From assembly GCF_009914755.1 (NCBI RefSeq), contig NC_060947.1: a stretch of 64,000 nt of DNA, one strand, 5' to 3'. Below, piece after piece: positions 29,520 to 43,904 of this stretch (position 1 is its first letter; every line of letters begins with the position of its first letter). The position numbers and the translations under genes are program-made. Source of the stretch: the human T2T-CHM13v2.0 reference genome, Homo sapiens. The notes beneath the pieces were generated by a model. The model saw only the letters and a list, made by a program, of their open reading frames with translations. It did no database searches and was not told the origin of the DNA.

Positions 29520-29616
29520 ATGCCTATGATTAGGGTGACTGCAAGTGGTTTTGGAACATAATTTATTTTCAGAAATTTTGTATGTTGGGTGAAATAGGAA
29601 GTATTGGAAATCCTAT
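29520..29616 (-). repeat. Inverted ~97-bp copy of unique sequence at 39081-39178
   Basis: Manual alignment to the reverse complement of 39081-39178 gives 3 substitutions and 1 single-base indel. The ORFs [11 protein letters not shown] (+) and MLGEIGSTGNP (-) flag it. Confidence 0.95.
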
Positions 29617-30064
29617 ATATATATGTGTGTATATATATATTTATATATATATGTGTGTATATATATATTTATATATATATGTGTGTATATATATATTTAT
29701 ATATATATGTGTGTATATATATATTTATATATATGTGTGTATATATATATTTATATATATATGTGTGTATATATATATTTATATATATGTGTGTATATAT
29801 ATATTTATATATATGTGTGTATATATATATTTATATATATGTGTGTATATATATATTTATATATATGTGTGTATATATATATTTATATATATGTGTGTAT
29901 ATATATATTTATATATATATGTGTAGATATATATTTATATATATGTGTAGATATATATTTATATATGTGTATATATATTTATATATGTGTGTATATATAT
30001 TTATATATATGTGTATATATATATTTATATATATGTGTATATATATATTTTTATATATATATAT
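29617..30064. repeat. TA-rich minisatellite, unit ~ATATATATGTGTGTATATATATATTT (~26 bp, roughly 17 copies)
   Basis: Directly visible periodicity. Contiguous with the AluS tail. Confidence 0.93.
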
Positions 30065-30069
30065 AAAAA

Positions 30070-30359
<290 letters not shown>

Positions 30360-31079
30360 TATTATTTTTATTATTATTTGTAGAGATGAGGATCTCACTA
30401 TGTTGCCCAAGGTGGACTCCAACTCCTGACCTCAAGCAATCCTCCCACCTCGGCCTCCCAAAGTATTGAGATTAGAAGCAAGAGCTACCGTGCCCGGCCC
30501 CCATCTTCCTTTATAACATAATTTGTTTCACACAGGCACCCAAGTTCAAAACCCTACCTTCAACAGCCAATCCAGTACTGCCTGACAATTTACCAATTTA
30601 TGATGCATTCCTCTTTGGATATTTTAAATATTTTAATTGTAACATATATCCCACTTCAATTCTTATTCTGATACTTCTACCTTTTCTTGTATAATGTGTA
30701 TTCCTTGAATAGATCATTTATTATATTCATCATGGTATCCCCACTCCCCAACACAGTATCATTTACACAGTGAGTATGTCATAAATGTTTGTGAATCAAG
30801 TCAACTGGAATCAAATGGAATCCAAGTATATAATTGCACAAAGTCAAGGTGCCACAGTCAAGACCTCATAGCAGAAGCAGTACACTTCTTAGTGGTTAAC
30901 ATGGGATGTAGTGATCAAAGAGCAAACAGAATCTTAGCCAGGAGAAAGTGTATTATTTTCCAAAAGGGCAGTGATCACGTTGCAGTTGACTCTATACTGT
31001 TAAGACTGTGCCACAGGAGTTTCACTGAGGACTGTGTGCCACAGTTAAAGGCACCATAAACTGGAATGAGTTGAGAAGA

Positions 31080-31455
31080 ATGTGAGCAGAGGACTTTGAG
31101 CTTTTTCATGTGAAGCCAAGTCAGATAACTTAGGGAACAACGGAGTTTTCATCATATATCTGACAGTCTGTTGAATGGAAGGGAAGAGTAATATGGCTTG
31201 TTCTATGTGGGTATAAGGAATGAAGTCCCCATCAACTGATGAAAACTTCATCAAGGCCAGTATTGGCTGAGTGGTCAATAATGTGTGCCTCATCTTGAGT
31301 TAGAGGAAGTATGAGTTTTCTGTCACAGAAAGTGTGTAAAGAGAGGCTAGAGAAGCTCTTGAGAGGGGATGATTCATAGAGGAGTCAAGTATAAGATGAG
31401 GATCCTCATCAACTAGAGGTCTACAATTAAGAGATCCTTCTGACTGTGCAATCCT
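31080..31455 (+). mobile_element. L3/CR1-like 3' end relic
   Basis: GAGTTTTCTGTCACAGAAAGTGTGTAAAGAGAGGCTAGA..AGATCCTTCTGACTGTGCAATCCTG resembles the L3/MIR3 tail. Confidence 0.45.
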
Positions 31456-31521
31456 GGGGCTCTATACATTCACAGAATTAGGAGATCCTTCTAACTATGC
31501 AATCCTGGGGCTCTATACATT
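31425..31521. repeat. 46-bp near-tandem duplication (period 51)
   Basis: AATTA(A/G)GAGATCCTTCT(G/A)ACT(G/A)TGCAATCCTGGGGCTCTATACATT occurs twice, with spacer CACAG and 3 mismatches. Confidence 0.93.
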
Positions 31522-33074
31522 TGGGAGGAGCCCTCCTTATCATCTCATAAAATATTTGTGAACTTCAGTTTTAGTTGTACATTTTGATCCTCTGTAAATC
31601 AACTGCACTTCTTAAACCCTTAACTTATTTATTCTAGCTTCTGATATCACTCCCTTCACTTCAGTGCAAGAATCATTTGTGCTCTCCAGTAATTAACTCC
31701 AAAATCTTGTTTCTCAGAGCCTTGCATTAAAATTGCATTTTCAGAGGTGAGTGCTTCTGGTAGCCATTCTAGCTACAGTTCTTCCTGGGAAACTATATGG
31801 ACATGATGTCTGCCATTTCGGAACCTGTCCATTCGGCAAGAAAACAAGTCATTCACCTTTGCATATGGAGCAATAGAATTGTAGGCCAGAGGAACTGTTG
31901 ATAGCTTCTGTCAAGGGTTCTCCCACCATTGAATCCACCAGCATCACTATTGCCAAAAAGCTATCTGCCGTGGTAAACTCAGCTATTTAAAACTTTGAGA
32001 AAGCTCACATGTCATACGACATTCATGGCACACGCTTCCACTACTGTAATACCTTCACTTTATTGGAGTTGTCCCAGATACATTTAAGTACCTGTGTGAT
32101 TCCTTTTCCAGATCAAGAATGTTCAAATTAGGATCAAGAGGGTGTGTTGATGTGATAGCCCGCACCAGAATATAAGGATGCTCTTTCTTTGAGGCTTGGA
32201 ATAAAATGAAAGAGAGATCACTTGAAATGCTTATGGCTTCCTATGCCCTTATTTCAGCTTTACTGACCATTTGCAAGGATGTTCCATAGTTCATGAATGC
32301 AACTCACATTTGAGTGTAGTGGGGAAAAATCATTGGCCAATTTAAAAAGTCATTGTCTGCAAATGTTTTGACTGAGTTGTGCCTAAACAGAAGATTCTCT
32401 TTTTAGGATAGATATCATTCTTTCATCCTGTCTGGTGTTAGAGCCAAGCTGCTTCTTTCAGTAGTCTATCGTTTCTTTTGAGGACAGAGATTATGTCTTG
32501 TCTTTCACTATGTAGACATAGCTTATCAGAGTCTCTTGTACTCATAGTAATGGCTTTGGACCCATTTACTAGATTGAATGGTTTGAATTTGTTTTGGAAA
32601 GTTGTGATCTGTTCTAGTTTTTATTTCAGTTTTAGTTTCATAACAATAGCTCTGATTTGCAAATTGGAAGAATCTAGACTGTTAGAAGACTGTCAAAATA
32701 GAATGTGAATATACAGAGACACCATCTAATTCTCATTTCTAGGGATAGTAACATGGTAAGTTCTAATGTTGCCCTAAATACATATTTTTGAGGAGTTGAA
32801 ATCGTTCTGCTTGCTGTATTTGTACAGAGATATCTTTTATTCAGTTTTATCTATTCGTTGTAGAGACTAAAATCTGTGTATTGTAGGCATTAACATATTA
32901 ATCTTTTTAAGTTCTCCAGAATAGAATCTTTTTGGCACTTTCATGTTTGGAAATTATAACTCGTAATTAGGCATATTATCACTTTATAGAAAAATAATAT
33001 ATCACTATAGAACTGAAAATAATATATATATTTTTTTTCCTTTTTTTTTGTCATTTGGGGGAAGGAAGGTGGTT

Positions 33075-33300
33075 TACATTGAGTATCTCTTATTTGCCAA
33101 AAAGTGTGGGAAGTTTTTTTGTATACATCATTTCATTTAATTTTTGTGATTCTTTGAAGCAGGTGTTATCATCATCCCAATTTTATTAATGTTCAAACTG
33201 AGTCTCCAAGGGATTAAAGTATCTGGCTTGAGGTCATAGAATAAAGGATTTAAACTAAAAATCTGTCCAGTTTCCAAACCAATGTTTCTTTAAACTACAA
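33075..33300 (-). mobile_element. MIR SINE
   Basis: CATTGAGTATCTCTTATTTGCCA..CATCATTTCATTTAAT..ATCCCAATTTTATTAATGTTCAAACTGAGTCTC. Confidence 0.7.
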
Positions 33301-34109
33301 TAAATCCATGCAATTGGGCTTGTTGTCTGTGGCATCGTGCTTTGTATTAGTGTTTTACTTTTGATCCAATGTCATCATTAGAATTTTGCAATGCCTCTCA
33401 TTTATTCTAAGAATAGCTCATATTTAAAGAAATGCAGAAAGAATGGCCACTCAAATTTTAATGGTGGTAATGTTAGAGGACAGAACTGCAAATGATTCAT
33501 CACAAATATAAAATAAGCACATGAAATAAAAAGAACAAAGCATACTGTTGGAATTACCCTGCAGCCCCCTAAATCTTTTAAATCCTACTAACTTGCAACC
33601 ACAATTGTTGGCTTATTCTTGTTAGTACTCCAGTGTTTCAATTGTTGTTTTTTAATGCTTGCTCACTCATTGTTGCAAAATGTTCTGGTAATTGGATCTT
33701 TAAAAAATCTTCAGAATATTATAGATGAGCTTGTTTGCAAATGTGCACATATTAGAGTCTGAACTGTGCACTTTAACCATTCTAGAGATATTGAAAACAT
33801 GCTAGAAAGTTATGTCATGGAATAAAAAGGAGCTAAATCAAAGATTTAAGCTGCCTCCTGTCACTCCATTAGAGACAACTACTCACATGTACCATTGTGG
33901 TCTAAGTGAAAGGTAAATCTTACAAGTAATAGCTTTATTCTCATATTCTTTGATCAGCTGAACTCAGTTGGAGCTATATAAGCAACAAAAAAATCCCCAG
34001 CAGGTTAAATCTTTGCCTTTCTTCTAATCTAAATGAAAATATTACAGTCACTAGAAATATGGTAATATGGTGCAAAATGGATCACTTCAGGTCAAGATTT
34101 CATGGGTCA

Positions 34110-34758
<649 letters not shown>

Positions 34759-36013
34759 TTTTTTTAGGCTAATCAAATTTTGGATTGACTGCCTTGCCAA
34801 ATGTGCCATTAATTAAATGCCTCCCTGACCACTTTTAACTTGAATGGGAAAAGATAGGATTAGAATGACTATTTTTAAGGATGTCTCTTACACATCCTTG
34901 GCACCTGGAACAGTCGTTGGCACACAATAAATGTCAATGTATTGAATGTATAAATTAGTGTGTTTAATGTGAGTGCTCACCAAGGGAAAAACACAATATG
35001 TTATTTGTCACCTCTGCAAAATTATAATCGTACCTATCTCATAGAGTTACAGTATAAGGATAAAATTATATAATCATGTTAAATCCTTTGAGTAGTGTAT
35101 GATACATTGTAATCACTCAGTAAATATTACGGTGTAAAGTACATAGTAGAGGATTTGCTTTTTACAATGACTTTGCTGTTTGAATTGTGAGATACACACA
35201 TACACACACTCGCAGGCAAGTGCACACACATAGTGTGGCACGGTAGAAAGGGTAGCATACTAGTGGTCAGGAGAACTGGATTGAATGCTTATTCCAAAGT
35301 TTGCATGTTCTCTGAAGTCAGGAAGGCATTATTACTTATCTCGCTTCAATTGTCTGTCCTGTAAAATGGGAATTGTAATACTTGAACTGCTGGAAGGCAG
35401 GGTTTTAAGATAAACTCTCTTTAGAGGGCTTTTCAAAGGTACTTAATGGCCCTGAGTCAATGATAAACCTAGTATAAATTGAGAAAGCCTAAAATAAGAA
35501 TAGGTTCATGACCTATAAATACTTAATCTAAAAATCATCACTTAATGATGATGATCACAGAACCTAGAATAGTCATGGGCTATTTAAACTGGAAAAATCC
35601 CTTACTCAACAGATTCGGAAATGGAGACCCTGTTAAATAAAGTAAATTGCCCAAAGCCAGACACAATTTCTAAGAGGAAGATTCCAATTAGAAATTACGC
35701 ATTCAACTAGTGATGAAATTGATCAGGTTGTTCTCATTGCATAACTGACTTGGATTAAAAAATGGCACAACAGAACTGAAGACAAATAAGGCTCTTAAAA
35801 TATATGCAGTGATAAAATGGATCTCTTTCAAAATGGATGATTCTCTGCACCCTTCCTCTCTGCCTCCCTACATAGCAGTTTCCATCCATCACATAGGCAA
35901 TATAGACTTGAGAGCAATACTTATAATTTTTCTAGGCTTCTGCTCCATCTTTCTGCTTAGACAAATGGAAACATTTAAATTCTTATGATTTTATAAATAA
36001 CATAGCATTACAT

Positions 36014-36170
36014 ATTTATTCTTGTGGCAAAACATATATGACATCAAATTTACCATTTTAACCATTTTTAGTGTACAATTCAGTGGCATTAAGTATGTTT
36101 GCAATATTGTGTAACTGTCATCATTATCTATTTCCAAAATTTTACTTTTTTGTCACCTGAAACAAAAAGT
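36014..36170 (-). mobile_element. L1MB-like 3' terminal fragment
   Basis: AAATTTACCATTTTAACCATTTTTAGTGTACAATTCAGTGGCATTAAGTA. Confidence 0.75.
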
Positions 36171-38255
36171 CTAATATAAAACACATTGAGAAATAAAATA
36201 TATGTTGATTTTTGGAAAATTTGTTAGAGTAGTGCATTAACCTCATGTAGATAATTTGCACAATGGGTTTATGTTTCTTTTTCTGTTAAATTCAGTTTAA
36301 ACCATGATTTATTTGCCCTAGGTATATGTCATAGCCCTTGGAGGCAAATTTCACATATTTTTGAGCCTGTGAAATAGTACCAGTTTCATAGGTTGGGCCA
36401 AGGTCAGTTGACTGGATGAACTGTAAGAATTATCTATCTTAAAAATAACGGCTGGACTGGGCTCATTTTAATACTCTTACTGATCACCATTTTCATATAT
36501 TGTTTAATTATTTAGAAACCTTTTTCTGTAATGAATTATACCTGATTAAATTATTTGCATTACCATGTGTTTAAATGTGCCAACCATAGTCAAATATTAT
36601 CATTAAAATGCTTAATTTGCCAAGTATAGAGTCAAGAGCAACTCAGTAAATAAAGGATGAAGAAATTTTCTCTATGTAGAATAGTTTTTCCTTTGCTTGA
36701 ATATATCATAGTTAAAAATTTTTCTAATGGAGAACAAAGGCTAGAATCCAATTCAGCTCTGGAAAAAAAATCATTTTGTAAAATGGATAAACTGCCATTT
36801 TTCTTACCCAGTGATTCATCATGTATTTCTAAATTCTGATAAGAATTGTTACAAGTCTTTTCTCTAGCATTATTAGAAAATCTACATTATTATGTATGAC
36901 AGACCATGTCAAAATAATTGTGTGTGGGACTAGTCTAGGTTAAGGGGAATCGTATTTGATGTTACTAATTTTCACATTATTTCACCTATAAAAATTCTTC
37001 TAGCAGCAAAAGTTTTATTGCACTGTATTTCAGAGTCTCTAATTTATTCATGGGATAAATGTTTCATATAATGAATTTTCAAGTAAATGTATTCTGAAAT
37101 TCATGCATAACCATGCCTGCTCTAAAACTATAAAAATTTGGTTAAAATTGAGGCATCTCCTCATTCCCCTTGGAAAGTATATTGGGGAACCTGGAAGATT
37201 TTATGCTAATGAAGGCAATATGGTTCAGCTTTTCTTTTTATCCAATATATTTCTTTTATTGAGTTCAAACCATTGTCCTAATTAATAACTTTAAATGGAA
37301 GCACTTCATCAATTGTATTGAGGCACTAATACTGCTTAAAAGGTAGTATGTGCTAGGCCCATCCTGTGTCATTCAACACATGCCTTGTGATAGAGAAATA
37401 TGTTCTACATTTTCTTCTGAATATTTTGTGTGGTTTAAGAGCCCTCTGCCATATGATCTTGTATCTGCCTTTCTTCCCTCACTCACTCCCTGCTTCATCT
37501 CCTCCTTTGGATTTTTGTAGTGGTGGTGGTGGTTGCTCATCTCGATGCTGTGCTACAGTCTGTGGGCATTGGTAAGGAGCATCTCTCTGGTGTGATCCAC
37601 ACACAATAAACAGACATGAATACAAGTAATGGTTTAAAGCATGCAGTCACATCTGCCTCCATCTTCACATGGAAGGGTGGTCTGAGGTTATTCTGGCAGG
37701 ATTTTATTCTACTATTTGTTCAATTTGCCAATGTAAGAGATAAACATAGGATTTGGAAGTATAGAATCTATGTTTATCCTCAATACCAAGAATTCTTGTG
37801 CCTTGGGAATGTTGCCGTATGCCAAACCCAAGGTATTATATTTAAAGATTAAGTTCCTGAAAAACCCTCATTTTCAAAGAATAACATTATATTGCATTTG
37901 TAAAGTTGTAAAGTAGAATTTCATATATAAAAAAATCTGTATTCACTCCCCTCAAGACAGCGAAGAAGGTCACTTTTCCTAGGGAAAAGAACAACACAAA
38001 TTTTAAAAGATCACACAGTGTGTGTTTCTTTGCCTAGACAGCCTCTTTGGTTTGGAATCCTTCCCTGAAAGATGGGCAGTGATCAGACTGGGCAACCCCT
38101 CCCTCAATTAAAAATAAAGAAAAAACAGTCTATTATGTGTAGTTTTTAATGAGTATAAAACTCAATATGCAATGAATTCAATATACAATGAAATGTCAGA
38201 AATACAATATATAATGAAATGTTTCATTTGAAGAGAGAGGCTGTTGTGCATTTAT

Positions 38256-38890
38256 ACTCATTCATTCATTCACGCATTCAGCGACATTTATTGTGTACCT
38301 ACTATGGACTGGTCACTTTTCTAGGTTCTAGGGACATAATAATGAATAAAACAAGTCAGGACTCTGCCGTCTTCAAACTTGCATCCTTGGAGCGGTGGCA
38401 GATGGATATCAGAGAATAATGAAAATAAGTGTGTAAAATATAAAATATGTAGGATGATGACAAGTGCTATTAAAAACATGAAATCAGGGAGGGTGTTAGA
38501 GAATGGCTCAGGGGCTCAATTTCTAAGAGTGGTTAGGAGAGGCCTAACGGATGTGACATTTGAACAAAGACTTGAAGGAGGTGAGGAAGCAAGCCATGGA
38601 CTATGTGTGGGAAGAGCCTTCCAAACAAGGGGAACAGCAAGTGCAAAGGATGTCTGAAAAATATAAAGAGGCCATAGAGGCTGGAGCAGAGTACTCAAAG
38701 GGGAGAATGGCAGCAGATGAGACAGGGAGGGGAAGGTTGTTTCCATTTTGGGTAGGTAGAGAACAGGTCTTGGAGCAGCATCTTGCAGACCATTTATAAG
38801 GGCCATGGATTTTACTCTAAGTGAGATGAGAGCCGTTGAAGGGTTTTGAGCAGCACGAGTGAGGCACCTTTGCATGGCACTTTGGTGGTT
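38256..38890 (-). mobile_element. L2a LINE 3' region
   Basis: (TTCA)n, CATTTATTGTGTACCTACTATG, GTGACATTTGAACAAAGACTTGAAGGAGGTGAGGAAGCAAGCCATG, GATTTTACTCTAAGTGAGATG. Confidence 0.85.
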
Positions 38891-41439
38891 ATAGAAATGC
38901 ATCAAATTTTGTCATTTCTCTTGATGTGATATAGTAAACTTCGATAATGGGATTTTATAAAACTCATGTCTCTTAGGGCTAGCACCTTCAGTGTTGGGGG
39001 AGGTTGGTCTTGCAGTGAAGAATGCACAATGTGCCCTGATTAAATAATTAGCAATAAATTTTACAGAAAATACCTTCAGCATAGGATTTCCAGTACTTCC
39101 TATTTCACCCAACATACAAAATTTCTGAAAAATAAATTATGTTCCAAAACCACTTGCAGTCAGCCTAATTATAGGCATCTCTATCTCTTCTATCCATTGG
39201 CAGGAATAAACTTGAAAAGGCTGCCCACTTATTGAGTCTTGAGTCCAAAAATCAATGTGAGGTAGTCAGTTCTCAAATAAAAGAGATTGGGAAGAAAGCA
39301 GGAAGAGGATTGAAAAATTGGCCTCCTCAGAAATGCACGAAGGGGACATTTGCAGTCTTAAGGGGCATATTTCCTAGTAGCATGTCTTGTAGGGGCCCTA
39401 CTGAGGTAAATGAGTTAATCTTAGTCTGTTTAAGAAGTTCCATTATAATGGTTCTTTCAGGGTATGAAAATGCAAAGAAGTGAATCTTTCAATGACCAGA
39501 TGCATAGAAGCATGTTTTAAATGACTGCAATGTAATTGATATATGCTGCCATCAGTTGTGACCCAGGTAATAGTGCAGCTAAAATAATTTCAAGTGGGTC
39601 AAGATATCCCTGGAGTACTTCCTGCAGTGTTATAAAAAATCTCCCAGCAATGTATCTTAAGTTCTGTAAATCATGTTAAACTTAATGAAACCTTCTGCAA
39701 GAGCATTCCATTTCTATGATGCATTTAACTGCAGTTGTTGACATGTTGTATCTTAATTGAAGAAATATGTAAACTTTTGATTAATTGCTTGTGGTACCAG
39801 GAATATAAAATATACTGACCACTTTTTTAAAGTAAGATTTAGGGTATGTGTCTTTATGTATAATTGATTACTCCCTAATTAATTAAAATATGCTCCTTTA
39901 GACTTTGTTTTCCATCTCAGACTAATATTTGCATTCCTATGTTGTGGATTTAGTTTATGATGCTTATTTTTTTAAGATAGAAAACTCTGAAACTCAAGGC
40001 TGACCTGCAGTATGTTCATCATGTTTATTCTTACTGCTTTGGCACAGTTGAGTTTGATAATAATAATGCTAGCTTAGTTCAGTCAGATTCAGTGCCCTTG
40101 GAGTACCTACTCTGTGCAGTACTGTGTTTTGTGGAAGTCGTGCAGTGTCTTCAATTGAACAAGTATATACCATGGCTACAACACAAAAAATTTACTGAGA
40201 ACCAAAATTTTATGCCAATGGCCTGTCGATAGTCTCCTTCCTCCTAAGATGTCGCCTCCAGAATGTCAGGAGCTTCCTCTGTCTCATTCACTTCTGTATC
40301 CCTAGCCAGATTGACACATCAAATTAACCATCATAGTGCTGGACACAGAGTAAATGCTTACTGCATATTTGTTGAAAGAGTGAATAAATGTGAGAACAAA
40401 CATTTGCTATATACCTACTGTGTGCAGGGGTCTAGGCCAAGTAGGTCACAGTCCCTCCTATTGAGTAGTTTAGTCTTGATGATGTGGGAAATGAGGCTGA
40501 AGACAGAAATCAGAGAAACAAAAATAAAATAAAGGGAAGAGGAGAGTGAAAGTTCAAAAATGAGTTGATGGTGTCTGCCAGGAAAAACCAGGAATGCCGT
40601 CACTGCAGAGGTGGGGTTCAAGGAAGCATCCCAGGACCTTGAACAGCAGACCTTGAACACCAGGATGAAGCGTAGTCTGGCTGGGAGAATGACGTTGATA
40701 GAAGCGCTAACAAGGGAAAGGACACATTATGTTTGCAGAGCAGCAAGTGATCTGAGTTTCTTATCAAGCAATTTATAAAAATGTAGGCATGTTCCTTATC
40801 AAGCAATTAGTAAGCATGTTCTTCTAGCACCTTTAATGTCACTAGATTTAGTTTCTGGTTAGGTGTACAAGCAAAGGGGAAGAAGTTCAGCAAGTAATAC
40901 ATCAAGAAAGCCCCAGATCAGCACATATATGTACACCATTCCACTCCCACTAGTGTGTGCTCGCTGGCACACACAGACATACACACACACATGCGTGCAT
41001 GCTCCGGATGATTCCAAGCATAGCTCTCTCCTGTTGCTGCCAGACTTGACCTCTTCTAATGATGGGGAGCAGACCACAGAGAAGTCTCTTGCACATATCC
41101 CAATATGAGGATGATAGGGGCCATTTGAACACATATGTCCAAAGAGAAACCATGAGGTTTTAATTGTGGTCAAAAGCATTCTACTTATAGACTTGAATCC
41201 AGATGGATGAATTCACTGCTCAACAGCATAGGTATGAATTTGTTTAATCAACTTCGTAAGAACCAAGTCAAGTTCAGATACACTTACTTTGCAGTCTAAT
41301 TTTCTAGGGGTCCCAAAGTTTTAATACAATCATCTTCTCTGATTTCCCACAGGAAATGATGATCCCATACATTTAAAATGTTTTAATTACTCAAGGAATA
41401 CAGGAATACATGATTAAACACAAACACTACAGATAAGCC

Positions 41440-41860
41440 TCAAGTGCCCTTTTGCTTCTGTCTGAAATTCTTGTCCCTTCTCCTGCTTTTGTAGGTAAAA
41501 ACTGCTATGAATTTGATGCCTTCAAAGCATCATTTCTCTCTCTCTCTCTGTGTGTGTGTGTATTCACAACCACATTATATATATTATTTTGCATAGGTGC
41601 ATTTTACATAAATGGTTATATATACATATATATGTGTATGTGTCTGTGTGTACATATATAGTAAGTGTTGCTGTTTTCAGCTAACTATATGTCATAGTAA
41701 TCTACTGGCTTTAACTCAATCCTTTGACCAGCTGTCCCAAATTCTAGGCTATTAAATATGATAATGCACTGTTTATTGTGCCATCCCCTTGTTGGAGGAC
41801 ACTGGAGTTGTTTCCAGTTTTTTGGCTGTTGGAAACAGTGCTACACTTAACACATTTCTA
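41440..41860 (-). mobile_element. L1ME-like 3' fragment
   Basis: TTTTACATAAATGGTTATA..GGACACTGGAGTTGTTTCCAGTTTTTTGGCTGTT. Confidence 0.5.
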
Positions 41861-42329
41861 TACTATACTCCTAGTGCCCCCAGGGAAGAATCAAAAGAGA
41901 GAACGTTGGACCCTACAACTTAATTTTAAACAAATGTCTTCTGATAGAAGAATCTATGCCAGTGTAAGATGAGCTTCCTTATTTCCTTAACTTCTTATTT
42001 CAGGTGATATGAATGACCTTGGTTGGGGGAGTGTTTCTAGATTAGTCATTATTGGTCCTACATATATTTTCCCATGACATACAGGGTGGCAGGCCATTTT
42101 CTCTCTGAGTTTACTATGGATGGCTCTGCTACAGTGTCTTGTTTTAATTACTCAAGGAATTACAACTCAAGGTGTTGAAACTGCATATCAGAGGGGATTT
42201 CTAAATGCAGGGAGCCCCTCTCTCAGTTGCCTTATCTATATATACTCTTACATAGGAATAGTGACTTACTACTTGCTCTCCCCACTCACCACAGATGCCT
42301 TTTGTGGCCTCTGTCTTCCTTCTTTTTCT

Positions 42330-43330
42330 CACAAATAGTTCTTGGACACCTTTATGTGCCACACACTATTGTAGACACTGGGGATCCATCAAGGAATACA
42401 GCAAACTAAATTCTTGCCCATGTGGAGGTTATATTTTAGAGGGAGGAGACAGATAATAAATGATAAGCACAATAAGGAAAGTATAGTATGTTCAAGCATG
42501 CTAAGTGCTAGAGGAAAAAAAGGAAAACAGTCTGGCAATTCTGCAAAAAGTTAAAGATAAAGATATCATATAACTCAACAGTTGCACTTCTAGGTATACA
42601 TTTAAGAGAACTGAAACCATACGTCCACACAGAAAAATGGCACGCAGATGTTCATAATAGCATTATTCATAATAGCCCCAAAGTGGAAACATCTCAAATC
42701 TCCATCAATGGACAAACGAATACACAAAATATGGTCTATCCATACAGTGGAATATTATTCAGCCATGTAAATGAATGAAGTACGAATACATACCACAACA
42801 TAGATGAACCATAACAACATTAGGCTAACTGAAAGAGGTTTGAAACAAAACGTCACATATATTATTTCATTAATATGAAACATTCAGAAATAGGCAAGTC
42901 CCTAGAGACAGAAAGCAGCTTATCAGTTACCAGAGGATGGGGAACACAGAGTAACTGCTTAATATGTAGAGTCTCTCCTTTTCGGGTGATGAAAATGTTT
43001 AAGAATCAGACAGTGGTGATGTTCACTTAACATTGTGAGTGTACTTAATGCCACTGAATTACACACTTAAAAATGGTTGGTGTTTAATTTTATGTCTTGT
43101 AGTTTTACCTACATTTAAAAAAATGGAGCAGGTCAAGGAGGACCTGGATTGCAGAATTGGAGTGCAATTTTGAAGGGTATCACTGAACAGGTGCCATCTG
43201 AGCTGCAAACATACCAGGTAGCGGGGGCAGCCATTCAAAGGGTCATAAGAAGGGGCATTGCCTGGTGTGTTCAGAGAACAGGAAGGAGGCAATGTGCCTG
43301 GATGTGAGTAAAGGAAGGGCAATAGGAACA
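42330..43330 (-). mobile_element. L2 split by L1MB
   Basis: CACCTTTATGTGCCACACACTATTGTAGACACTGGGGAT before 42522. L2 motifs resume after 43123. Confidence 0.6.
42522..43123 (+). mobile_element. L1MB-like 3' end
   Basis: ATGTTCATAATAGCATTATTCATAATAGCCCCAAAGTGGAAAC..TATCCATACAGTGGAATATTATTCAGCCAT..TACTTAATGCCACTGAATTACACACTTAAAAATGG, then an A tail. Confidence 0.88.
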
Positions 43331-43904
43331 GAGGCAGCCTTGGTCTTCCTCATTCACCTGCTGTTTTAGACACCACTGGCTGCAATTGCCCACAGTTAGT
43401 TACCTGCCCAAAGTTGCAGTGATGATGGTACTGGCAGTGGTGAGGAAAAGAAGGGAAAAGGCAGAAAAATCACTCCAGATACTTCCCAAGGCCCAGAATT
43501 TGATCATACATTATTTCTTTTGACTATGAGTTTCCTTTACATGATATTTCCCCTTAGTTTTTTTTTTTTTTAACATAGAATGCATCTTTCAGTAACACTT
43601 TATCTCATATAAAGGAGTGTGGACTTACCTTTTGTAACATCAGTGAAGAAAGGTTAAGGTTCCCAACAATTTAAAGGGATATTATTTCAGTGAATCTCTA
43701 TGTGAGAATAAATTAAATAAAACAGACATGCAAAAGAAAAAGTGAATTCATTTAGAGAGAGATCATGTCCCTCTGTTCTCAGATGCTTTTGAAGAAAACA
43801 TAATCATGGATAATCATCCACTGTTGCATTCTCAGGTCTCCTCTGACCCCACAAAATGAGCATAGGGTCATCATTTCCTTTTCAGAAACACTTATAAATA
43901 ATTG

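Noticed and set aside
29617-30064. Regularly spaced repeats superficially like a CRISPR array
   Set aside because: There are no unique spacers and no cas genes. It is a eukaryotic low-complexity minisatellite.
38163-38222. Three degenerate CAATATRYAATGAA copies (similar short repeats at 5243-5296 and 59908-59931)
   Set aside because: These are ordinary short AT-rich slippage duplications.
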